Shown here piece by piece: positions 28,203 to 36,495 of a stretch of DNA of 64,000 bases. Position numbers and translations under genes: made by a program. The stretch covers positions 116,577 to 180,576 of the IMG/VR virus record IMGVR_UViG_3300007513_000007; one strand, given 5' to 3'. Numbering within the stretch: position 1 is the first letter of the stretch; every line of letters begins with the position of its first letter. The notes under the pieces were generated by a model, which did no database searches, was not told where the DNA came from, and saw only the letters and a list, made by a program, of their open reading frames with translations. This DNA comes from a virus.

Positions 28203-28991
28203 CTATGCTCGTCGGATGAGAGCCTGTATCGTGCCGACGCCCTGCGTCTCCCCACCACCGGGAGCGATGCTCACCCACAACTCCCCGAAGACGCCGAAAA
28301 TGTCTCCTGGCGAATAGGCGAGCGTGTAGGTGGTGTTGGTTACGTCAACATCCACAATCGGGAAATACTTTTCCGGGGCTGCGTCTGTTCCCACGGAAAC
28401 TGTGGAAGCTGCATCCAGGAACGGCGTGGAGAAGCTCAACCAGATTTCGAGGACTGAATCCCCTGCATCCAATGTAGTGACAGACACAGGAGAGCCAGCG
28501 TTCCACTGGAAAGTAGAAGCCACAGTCTCCACGGTTCCCGTAGGGATGAGTGCTTCAAGCTGTGTGAGGTTGTAGTTCTGCTCGTTGGCCCACCCTTCAA
28601 CATCGACATCCACCGGGATGATTCCAGTAGAGTCCCGCCGCTCTCCTGCGGCTACCAGCTTTAGGGAGGCACGGGTCGTCAGTGCCCGAAGTCGAACGTA
28701 CTGCGTCCCCTCGGATGCTGTGCCTGCGTTCACCACCAGTCGGATCAGGTAGGCTCCCGGCATATCGCAGTTGAAGAATCCTGGAGCCGGGTCAGCAGCG
28801 TTGCCGGAAAACGTCGCCATCGACCCCTCGGGGGCATAAACGATAGTCCAAGCATAGGTAGCTGCCGCGTCGATAGAACTGACGTAGACGTTGTCCCCGG
28901 CCCCTGCAAAGGACAGGTCATCACGGCTGTGCTCATCCACGTCAGTGGCGTGGTCGGCGTTCAGCCAGCTTCGGATTCGTGCTGCCATCAA
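28203..28991 (-). CDS. Appendage protein (262 aa): PKD-like anchor fused directly to the shared tip domain
   Basis: N-half is clearly paralogous to the N-terminus of 24594-27407; C-half is paralogous to the C-terminus of 20245-24597. Confidence 0.8.
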   Translation of the reverse strand: MMAARIRSWLNADHATDVDEHSRDDLSFAGAGDNVYVSSIDAAATYAWTIVYAPEGSMATFSGNAADPAPGFFNCDMPGAYLIRLVVNAGTASEGTQYVRLRALTTRASLKLVAAGERRDSTGIIPVDVDVEGWANEQNYNLTQLEALIPTGTVETVASTFQWNAGSPVSVTTLDAGDSVLEIWLSFSTPFLDAASTVSVGTDAAPEKYFPIVDVDVTNTTYTLAYSPGDIFGVFGELWVSIAPGGGETQGVGTIQALIRRA

Positions 28992-29052
28992 GAAGTCTCC
29001 AAAGGAACCCTACCGGCCTGCGGGCATAGGCAAGACACCGGGCGAAGATTTA

Positions 29053-29085
29053 GGGGGTTCCGGTATACCCTCCGAACCGTATAGA
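29053..29085 (+). promoter_or_regulatory. Putative promoter, copy 3 of GGGGGTTCC-N17-GTA
   Basis: GGGGGTTCC 29053-29061, 17 nt spacer, GTATAGA 29079-29085; directly upstream of the GGAGGAG SD of the 29102 gene. Confidence 0.55.
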
Positions 29086-29101
29086 GAGCATAGGAGGAGT
29101 C

Positions 29102-29326
29102 ATGGCTTCGCAGGCATGTAAATCTTGGAAGGATGGGACGAAGCGTTTTATCCCTCGCTCTCGCGGTCGAGTAGGCCATCAGCGTCAGTTCGGTACTCAT
29201 ATGTCTCGGGCGGCTATGGCTGCCGAAGCGCGTACCGCAGAACGCTCCGCTCGTCGGGCGGGTAAGGTCGCCATCGAGGAAGGGCTGGCAGATTGGGAAG
29301 ATGAAGAAGCCACACCTAACTATTGA
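29102..29326 (+). CDS. Small basic hypothetical protein (74 aa) with acidic tail
   Basis: Strong SD AGGAGGAGTC-ATG; Arg-rich core ARTAERSARRAGKVAIEEGL. Confidence 0.65.
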   Translation: MASQACKSWKDGTKRFIPRSRGRVGHQRQFGTHMSRAAMAAEARTAERSARRAGKVAIEEGLADWEDEEATPNY

Positions 29327-29738
29327 ACTGGTCCCCCGAGGACAATGGGGGGCTAACCTCCGGTCAGAGCTTCCGAAGGCTGAATGGGACCGTCTACGCA
29401 AGGCGACGTACAAGGCAGCCCACTACCGCTGCGAGATATGCGGAGGTAAGGGTCCCAAGTGGCCCGTCGAGTGCCACGAACGGTGGGACTACAACGAGGA
29501 AACCAAAGTCCAGAAGCTGGTTGGCTTGATTGCCTTGTGTCCCAAGTGCCATGAGGTAAAGCATATCGGAAGAGCGGGGGCTGTCGGAAGAGCACCACAG
29601 GCCGTTGAACACCTCATGGAGATCAACGGCTGGAGTGCTGACGACGCGATGGCCTATGTAGACGGTTGCTTTGAAGTGTGGGCACGACGGTCCCAAGAAG
29701 ACTGGAGCCTTGATTTATCATGGTTGGAGGGTAGCTAA
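29301..29738 (+). CDS. HNH endonuclease (145 aa), free-standing, Zn-binding
   Basis: LTIELVP..W..NLRS.L...EWDRLRK..Y..A..RCEICG...ECHERW.Y...QKL.GL.ALCPKCHEVKH: CxxC, HE and CxxCH pattern of the short HNH family common in phages and giant viruses. Confidence 0.88.
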   Translation: MKKPHLTIELVPRGQWGANLRSELPKAEWDRLRKATYKAAHYRCEICGGKGPKWPVECHERWDYNEETKVQKLVGLIALCPKCHEVKHIGRAGAVGRAPQAVEHLMEINGWSADDAMAYVDGCFEVWARRSQEDWSLDLSWLEGS

Positions 29739-29808
29739 ACCACTTTTCCGGGTAGTATGAAAGTGCCCATAAGGGCGACACACACACTACACAGAAAAGG
29801 AGGAAGCT

Positions 29809-30015
29809 ATGCCTTCCCAAACACCAGACGGAACCGCTATTTCAGCCAACCCCTACCAGATGCGGTTCGACCTCCTCCATCTTGCCAAGGACATCCTTGA
29901 GCAGAACGCCCATATGGCCCGAGAGGACAAGTCCAAGGAGCGCAAGACCTACTACACCCTCGATGAAGTCATCGAGACTGCACAAACTCTGAACAAGTTC
30001 GTGTCCAACAAGTAG
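29809..30015 (+). CDS. Small conserved phage hypothetical protein (68 aa)
   Basis: SD AAGGAGG; NPYQMRFDLLHLAKDIL...YTLDEVIETAQTLNKFVS resembles a small helical myophage protein family I recall but cannot name. Confidence 0.75.
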   Translation: MPSQTPDGTAISANPYQMRFDLLHLAKDILEQNAHMAREDKSKERKTYYTLDEVIETAQTLNKFVSNK

Positions 30016-30031
30016 GGCGCAGGGGGCGGGA

Positions 30032-30454
30032 GTGTCGGCAAGGTACGCCCAAATCGCCGCGATTATGGACGATAGCCATAACGTGGCCTGCATTTTGAGG
30101 GAACTCGAAAGGCGACAGGTCTCCGAACTGATACTCCCGCCTCTACCCACAAAACAGGGAACAGCCGCGTATGTCGCGATCACTCCAGGGAAGAAGATGC
30201 GACAACCCTGGAATGGGGGTGAACTGGTGGATGCAGATTCCTCTTGGCCGTTGTGCATGGCGATGGAGGTATGGGATAGCGGCGACGGGTGGATGATCAC
30301 CGTGCGCGGAGGTGATGAGGTAGGTCCTTTTGACACAGAGGACGACGCCCACCAGGAAGCGAAAAACCTCCTTGAAGAAGGGGGTGCCTTGTTGCTTCAG
30401 GACTCACCTTGGGACAAAGAGGACCAAAACAGGTTCCCGTTGTCACAGCCCTAA
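30032..30454 (+). CDS. Hypothetical protein (140 aa)
   Basis: GTG start after a purine-rich RBS; protein-like composition; VGPFDTEDDAHQEA motif; stop overlaps the stop of the convergent wedge gene. Confidence 0.62.
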   Translation: MSARYAQIAAIMDDSHNVACILRELERRQVSELILPPLPTKQGTAAYVAITPGKKMRQPWNGGELVDADSSWPLCMAMEVWDSGDGWMITVRGGDEVGPFDTEDDAHQEAKNLLEEGGALLLQDSPWDKEDQNRFPLSQP

Positions 30455-31818
30455 ATGTAGAACTGGTTGGAAACATCCTCTCCGACAACAGGACGAGGCT
30501 TCTGAACGCCCAAACGGTCAACCGTAACCGTGTACGCCTGTGCATCGGAAACTTCCGGGATTCGTCTGTCCAGCTTCAAGGTGCTGGGGGAGATTCGCGC
30601 CTTCGAGCCAGAGGGCCACACTTGATGAGGAACCCCTCCGATGTAGAGGGTACGCCGTTTCCCTATGGGGCCACCCCTGCTCCCGAGTACATCCTGTAAA
30701 CGGTAGCTTCCCTGGTAAGGGCCTGCGTGGATGGTAAGAACCTCCCCGTCCACGCACTTGCCCCAGTCAGCAGTAACGTCAGACACCGTGTTCTTGTCGA
30801 GAACGCGCAGTTTGCCTTCCAGGCCCGTAGGAAAGGTCCTGTACCAAAAAGCGGTGGGCTGCACCTCTACCAGAGGAAACGCCTGCACCGAAGCTACCTG
30901 ATACCTGCCTTTGTTTTCCCCGGACTCGATATGGAACACCGCTCCGGGCCGAATCCCCTCGAAAGAAACCGAGGTGTCGGTGAAAAAGAAACGATTGGAG
31001 AGGACGGTCCCAGTCCCTGAAATGCGCTTGGCACCCAGGCACCACTTCCGCATGTCGTCGTAGTAGTAAGAATCGAGGTCGAGCGAAAGCCCGTTCTCGT
31101 CCGAGGCTATGACCCCAAACGCATCCGTGAAGAGGTAGCTGAACGAGTAAAAGACATGGGCTGGCTTCAAGGCGTAGAGAACTAACTTGGCGTTGTACTC
31201 GTAAAGGAAAGGGTCCAGAGGGAAGCTGTTGTCATTGTCGATCAACACCTCAACCTCGAACTGCTCCTCCAAAGTAAAACCGCCCGTAGGGTCCCGTGGC
31301 GGCGTGTACAGGTACTTTTCGATGATCCGGGCAGTCACGTTTGGATCAATCGCCTCCAGGCCCCCCTTCATGGACTTCTTGGTTGCACCCGCAATCAGCA
31401 GCGAAGCGATCTTCTTCAGGAAGGTCCGGTAAGGAACGTCACCTTCAATCTCGGGAATATCCTTCGTGCGAACAGTCGTGGCTCCCCCCTGCGGAAAAAC
31501 CATCTCCCCAAGGATTTGCCAGAGGACTTCCGGGCGAGTGAAGTCCCACACTACATCCTTGTACTCTTCATTCATCTCGATCTGAAGCGCCGCCAGTTCC
31601 TTTGCCATCGCCTGGAACTGGAGGGTGTACCAAGGCCCGTTAGTGTTGGATACATAGTTGGACGGGAGGATAGCTCTGAAAGTTGCCATGAGGTGCTGGG
31701 TCAGCACGTTGATGTCACGCTCAAATCCCTGGCCTGTCAGCGGGTAAGGGGCTGGGTTTTGAGCCAGGGCAAAAGGAAGATCCGATACCGGGCGATCTCC
31801 ATCATCGTCATCAGACAT
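30451..31818 (-). CDS. Baseplate wedge subunit, P2 gpI / T4 gp7-like (455 aa)
   Basis: LPSNYVS...QAMAKELAALQ...TRPEVLWQILG...YRTFLKKI...LKPAHV pattern; immediately downstream of baseplate J. Confidence 0.72.
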   Translation of the reverse strand: MSDDDDGDRPVSDLPFALAQNPAPYPLTGQGFERDINVLTQHLMATFRAILPSNYVSNTNGPWYTLQFQAMAKELAALQIEMNEEYKDVVWDFTRPEVLWQILGEMVFPQGGATTVRTKDIPEIEGDVPYRTFLKKIASLLIAGATKKSMKGGLEAIDPNVTARIIEKYLYTPPRDPTGGFTLEEQFEVEVLIDNDNSFPLDPFLYEYNAKLVLYALKPAHVFYSFSYLFTDAFGVIASDENGLSLDLDSYYYDDMRKWCLGAKRISGTGTVLSNRFFFTDTSVSFEGIRPGAVFHIESGENKGRYQVASVQAFPLVEVQPTAFWYRTFPTGLEGKLRVLDKNTVSDVTADWGKCVDGEVLTIHAGPYQGSYRLQDVLGSRGGPIGKRRTLYIGGVPHQVWPSGSKARISPSTLKLDRRIPEVSDAQAYTVTVDRLGVQKPRPVVGEDVSNQFYI

Positions 31819-34800
31819 TTTGATCCTCGTCGTAAGTCAGCGTGAGTTCCCCCTGCGAGATGACTGATGTTGGGTTGACCACAATGTTCTTGGGACCCGA
31901 ATCAGGACCAACAATGTAGGTGACAGCATAGGCGTGCTCGGTAGGAGACTCCCCAACAGGAAGGGAGACAAGAAGCCGGTTGGCAGTAAGCTCCACACGG
32001 CGAGCAACTCTTGAATCAGCCGTGGCATACCCTTGCGCGGAAAGGGTTGCATCATCCGAGTAGCCTTGGATGGAGCGCCCCTCGGATCCGATGAGGTACG
32101 CCTGTCCTGAAGCAAGGCCCAAGGTGCTCAACGACTCGGAGCTTTGAAGCAAGCTGATTTCCACCTCGTCCTGGAAGACGCCCTTGAAATCACCCTCGGC
32201 CCCTCCCCCGTCAACCGTGGCCGCCTCCAGTTCTTGGACAACGATGTAGACAACGGACACGTTGGTAGTAAGGGATTGCAGAAGCACAGAATCACTCGAA
32301 GCGTCTGTGGACAAGGCATCTCTTACCACCTGGGACCCCTCCTGACGGAGAAGGGTGGTGAGAGGAACCACAACATATGAAACCCCGGACGTGTTCTCGA
32401 TAAGCTGAATCACGTCCGATTGACGAAGGGGGTTTCCGAGGCGCATGTTGCCGAAAAGGTTGGCGAAGTTCGTTCTCAAGAGAGAGTCAACTTGAGTCCG
32501 GTCCTGTCCTTTCTGAAGGATGACCGAGGCGCTTACGTCAACTGGAACAGGGATGGCTTCTTTTGCCAGGACATCAGCGGTGGCGTGCTTGGAGAAATCC
32601 AAATCCTGCTGTGCCGAAGACACGATGAGGTTGGTGGTGTAGGACACCGTGAAGTTCTCATCATGCGAATACGAGAGCGAAACCGTAGAGCCAGAAGGGA
32701 TGGCACTGTTACTGGTTCGCCGGATACCCAAAGCCTGCGTTTGAGTCCCCGGATCGATGGAGTAGTCAGAAACTCCACTGGGGTCGTCAGGTCCCCGGTA
32801 GATGATGCTCCCGTCTTCGTTGGTGACCACAAGGGTGAAGTAAAGGGCACCCAGCTTTGTGACGTACTCGACATACTGGCCTGTCATGACATGCGTCTCA
32901 TCCGTCACGTCTGTCAGGTCACCCGAAGGGATGAAGTTGCCAGAGCCGTCCTCGTACCCTGTGATGGAGAGGTACGCTTGGGCCAAGGACGAACGGCCTG
33001 TGAAAAGAGGCGCATCCGGGCGAACCAGCTTGTAGGATTCTTCAGGAAGGGTTCCGCTTACCGTCCCAACCACCGAGGTTATGCTTCTCACAGGTTGTCG
33101 AAGCAGAACAAAATCGTTCGCGGAAGCCTTTCGGTAGGCTCCAAGGACAACATCAGTCAGGTCGAGTGCGGGTTGAACAACATCGGTTGAGAGTTGGATG
33201 GTGTCGTAGGAGACGACCTCCACACCCGTTAGATCAAACACCTCCCCTGTTGAGATGTTCCGTAGCTCATACCCCAAATCAGGGTAGTCCAGCATCGCCG
33301 CTATGGGGGAGGAAGACGAAAGCGACGGATCCACAGCCCGGAAGGTGTAGTCGGAGGAGCTTCCGAGAACTTCAAACTGAATGTCCTGGAAAATCTCGAA
33401 AGAGAAGGCAAAGATGTCGGTGACGCTGGCGGTGTTCTCGCCCTGGACCCAAACATCCACCTTCCCCCCGTGATGCTTTCCGTCTGTTCCTATGTCTCGC
33501 TGCATCAGAGGGTCGCCTGCGGCTACCACCTCTGCCTTCAGAACACCTGCGGTGTCCGCTGCGGTCTGGAGGTAGCCCTGCGCGGTTCCTGAATCAACAG
33601 AGGCGAGGGCCGACAGAACTCGGGTTGTGAAGGCAAGGTTTGACTCCAAGTCCTCACCTCCGAACGCCGCTCCAGAGTTCGTGCATCCGATCTGCTGGTC
33701 TGCCGTAAGGTTGGTGACGAGTTGGTTGATCTGTCCCGCACCCACGTTTCCATTAGAACCCACCTGGGAGCATCGCACCGGCACCTCAATCTCGTACCGC
33801 CCCTTGGTGGGGTTGTAGGTGCTGGCAAGGTTTCCGAGGTCGATGGTTCCAGAACGGGTCGTTGCAAAGGTGGATGCACCACCCATGACCTGTGTTCCGA
33901 TAGGAATGACCACCGAGGTAGTTGGTCGAGCCTTGACGTAAAAGGTGACCTCTGTGCGAGCCGCCTTACCAGTACGTCTTTTCATCCCGTAGTTCGACCC
34001 GTAAGCATCAAAAGTGCTGTCGATCAGGTCTTGTACCTGTACATCGGTGGTGTAGTACAAAGCCTGCTTCAAGCCCCTCTTGTACCCAGAGTGTGGGACC
34101 GGGATGGAAGTGCCTACCCCTTGAGGGTCGTCTACCTGGAGCATGAGAAGGGGGGTTCGGGCACGATGGTAGAAGTCCAACAAGAACCGCATACGCTCTG
34201 CTTCAGAAGCAAACGGGTCGATCACCGTGTCACGGAGAACGGAGCCTGCTTCCACACGGAGTTGGGGGTTGGTCCTGAAAATGTTGGTGATGAAGTCCGT
34301 GATGATGTTCTTCTTGGAAGGCGCGGGCAGGCTGATCATCGCCCCCGTCACCTTCAAGGGTCGTCCCACAACCTCTTCGGAAAGAGTGGACTCGTACTGT
34401 AGGTTGCGGAGAGGGTCGTAGTAGACGGCACTTACCGCGTAGTAGAGCGGATCTTCAAAGGGGATAGCGGAGAAAGCAGCGATTCGTACTGTCGCAGGGT
34501 CACTGGTGGGGCTGCCTGATCGACTATGGTTGAACGAATATCGAGTGGCCTCACGAATGGTGGAGTAGGTTCCGGTGAACAGGATGTCGCGAGCTATCTC
34601 GGGAACCTCAACCGTTTCGTCGTAGTCAAGTTGTTCAACTGTGCCGTCCTTATCAACCTGAACGCTAACGGTCTGGACATAGAGGGGGTCAGCCACAGGG
34701 GTTCCGTTATTATCCACCGCGATCTTCGAGTTCACCGTGAAAGACGCAAAGGCATCCTCCTCTTCTTCCACAACCCCGTCGGCTACAAGGTCTACGTTGA

Positions 34801-35293
34801 TGCGGCTGTACCCCGTGCCGCCCCCGCCAGGGGAAGCCGAGGCATAGAAGTTCATCCCCTGGAAACCCACAACGTCTTCGTCCACCTCTGCCGAAATCTC
34901 AACGTAGTAGTTGTTCTGGGTGATCCTTATGTTGGTGGGGGAAGAAGCAACCACACCAACATCCCTGTCCGAAGACAGCGTGATCAAGGCTTCGATTTCA
35001 GTCGTCACGGAGCCGTTCGAGAGGATTCCTCGAATCAAGACGGTGTTCACCCCGCTCCTCAACAACAAACCATCCGGCTCATAAGAGGGGTTAGGGATAG
35101 TCCACTGGTGACCTGTCAGAAGCACAAGGGAAGGGTCAGACGAATAGCCGCTCCCGTTGACAGACACCTGAACATCAACGGTTGTGGTGGGCATCGTGCC
35201 CCGGAGGAACTGCCGGTCAATGGTGGTCGAGTACCGAAGGCTCTCCGCAGGCACCCCATCAGGGCCAACAATCAATGGTTTTGTTTGTGCCAT
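31811..35293 (-). CDS. Baseplate J / T4 gp6-like wedge protein (1160 aa)
   Basis: GSVLRDTVIDP, YGSNYGMKRRTGKAARTEVTF, IPIGTQV, VRCSQVGSNGNVGAGQI...TNSGAAFGGEDLESN...RVLSAL...GTAQGY and GGKVDVWVQG are typical baseplate-J motifs. Confidence 0.88.
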   Translation of the reverse strand: MAQTKPLIVGPDGVPAESLRYSTTIDRQFLRGTMPTTTVDVQVSVNGSGYSSDPSLVLLTGHQWTIPNPSYEPDGLLLRSGVNTVLIRGILSNGSVTTEIEALITLSSDRDVGVVASSPTNIRITQNNYYVEISAEVDEDVVGFQGMNFYASASPGGGGTGYSRINVDLVADGVVEEEEDAFASFTVNSKIAVDNNGTPVADPLYVQTVSVQVDKDGTVEQLDYDETVEVPEIARDILFTGTYSTIREATRYSFNHSRSGSPTSDPATVRIAAFSAIPFEDPLYYAVSAVYYDPLRNLQYESTLSEEVVGRPLKVTGAMISLPAPSKKNIITDFITNIFRTNPQLRVEAGSVLRDTVIDPFASEAERMRFLLDFYHRARTPLLMLQVDDPQGVGTSIPVPHSGYKRGLKQALYYTTDVQVQDLIDSTFDAYGSNYGMKRRTGKAARTEVTFYVKARPTTSVVIPIGTQVMGGASTFATTRSGTIDLGNLASTYNPTKGRYEIEVPVRCSQVGSNGNVGAGQINQLVTNLTADQQIGCTNSGAAFGGEDLESNLAFTTRVLSALASVDSGTAQGYLQTAADTAGVLKAEVVAAGDPLMQRDIGTDGKHHGGKVDVWVQGENTASVTDIFAFSFEIFQDIQFEVLGSSSDYTFRAVDPSLSSSSPIAAMLDYPDLGYELRNISTGEVFDLTGVEVVSYDTIQLSTDVVQPALDLTDVVLGAYRKASANDFVLLRQPVRSITSVVGTVSGTLPEESYKLVRPDAPLFTGRSSLAQAYLSITGYEDGSGNFIPSGDLTDVTDETHVMTGQYVEYVTKLGALYFTLVVTNEDGSIIYRGPDDPSGVSDYSIDPGTQTQALGIRRTSNSAIPSGSTVSLSYSHDENFTVSYTTNLIVSSAQQDLDFSKHATADVLAKEAIPVPVDVSASVILQKGQDRTQVDSLLRTNFANLFGNMRLGNPLRQSDVIQLIENTSGVSYVVVPLTTLLRQEGSQVVRDALSTDASSDSVLLQSLTTNVSVVYIVVQELEAATVDGGGAEGDFKGVFQDEVEISLLQSSESLSTLGLASGQAYLIGSEGRSIQGYSDDATLSAQGYATADSRVARRVELTANRLLVSLPVGESPTEHAYAVTYIVGPDSGPKNIVVNPTSVISQGELTLTYDEDQNV

Positions 35294-36456
35294 CAGTACC
35301 CCTGATCCTCGCCAAGACCCGCAGCGTTGAGGCCAAGGGTCTGTCCATTAGTACCCGCCAAGGCCACCGCTCCGGGCGCGGTGTAGGCTATCGAGAGCCG
35401 AATGGGCCTACCCGAAGCGTTTTGAACGATGACGCTAACCAAAAAGGTGGTTGGATCATCCCCTTCTGCCACGTCAACGCTAACAACGCTGTACAACTGT
35501 TCCTGAAGGGTGAGGTTTTGATACTCGCGCAACTGCGACTGGACGCTCTTGACTTTCGCAAGACCCTTCTGGACGGATGCCTTGATTGTAAGGGCTGCGT
35601 CCCCAAACCTCTTCTGCCCGATGCTGTCCATAAGCCGGGTCCCATAGTTGGGGTGGAAAGGGTTTGATGCGAGAGAGGTGAGCAACATCTTCAAACAACT
35701 CTGGTAGAGGATGTCCTCGTTGTAGATGAGGACAGGCTGCCCCAAGGCATTGAAGCGGTAGTCATTCTCTACATACGTTGCGTTGCAGCGAGGGCACCTT
35801 TCTGGGGTTGAGACATAGCTGATTTTGAAGGTGCAGTGCCCTTTGATGGGGACTTGGAACACGGGGTATCTGCTAACCGCTGTGAGTGCGTTAGCCAGTT
35901 GAGGGCTGGGGTAGGTTTCCCGCTGCGTATGCAGCTTCCAGGGCGGGTAAAGCATCTTGCCTCGCGCACCTTTTTGAATCTCCCATCCCAAGGCATCCGC
36001 ACCATCCCCTCCCACACGGAGGAATGATTCCGCTCCAATGGAGGCACTATCCAACAACCTTACAGCACCGTTGTAAGAGCCGACGGCCACTACCTCATCT
36101 ACATTGGCAGATCGGATAGCCTTCAGAACATCCTTCAAAGATACGTTGTCTCCTTCAGGAAGGCGCACTTCAAAAGACCCTTTGCTTGCCGTGATGGTAA
36201 GCAGGTTTGCATCCGGTCCTGACAAGTTGGAGCAGGTCTGGATTTGGAAGGGGGCGCTCCTGCTTCCAGTGAGAAGGGCTTGGCTGTAAAAGCCAGTGTT
36301 GGGGATGTAGTATTTGTCATCCACAAGGATCTGGACTGAATCCTGGCTTGCCACAGGCGCTTTCGTCCCTAATGAGCGCCTGTCACGAGACAGGTAGGTA
36401 GGCTCTTCAAGGATTAGATGGCTGCATGGCCAGCCGATTCGGAACTCGTAGGACAC
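35293..36456 (-). CDS. gp25/gpW-like baseplate wedge protein with N-terminal extension and putative Zn site (387 aa)
   Basis: GTG at 36456 after GGAGG. C-terminal LYQSCLKMLLT.LASNPFHPNYGTRL...LYSVVSVDV is the gp25 signature; also WPCSH and RCPRC motifs. Confidence 0.82.
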   Translation of the reverse strand: MSYEFRIGWPCSHLILEEPTYLSRDRRSLGTKAPVASQDSVQILVDDKYYIPNTGFYSQALLTGSRSAPFQIQTCSNLSGPDANLLTITASKGSFEVRLPEGDNVSLKDVLKAIRSANVDEVVAVGSYNGAVRLLDSASIGAESFLRVGGDGADALGWEIQKGARGKMLYPPWKLHTQRETYPSPQLANALTAVSRYPVFQVPIKGHCTFKISYVSTPERCPRCNATYVENDYRFNALGQPVLIYNEDILYQSCLKMLLTSLASNPFHPNYGTRLMDSIGQKRFGDAALTIKASVQKGLAKVKSVQSQLREYQNLTLQEQLYSVVSVDVAEGDDPTTFLVSVIVQNASGRPIRLSIAYTAPGAVALAGTNGQTLGLNAAGLGEDQGY

Positions 36457-36495
36457 TGGACCTCCGACGGTCGTCGCCAATAGGCAGGGCACCGC

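Noticed and set aside
9570-29061. Reading the repeated motif on the minus strand as an ECF-type GGAAC -35 box
   Set aside because: Downstream CTAT elements fall at inconsistent spacings (about 21, 27 and 35 nt), whereas plus-strand spacing to GTA is exactly 17 nt in all three copies.
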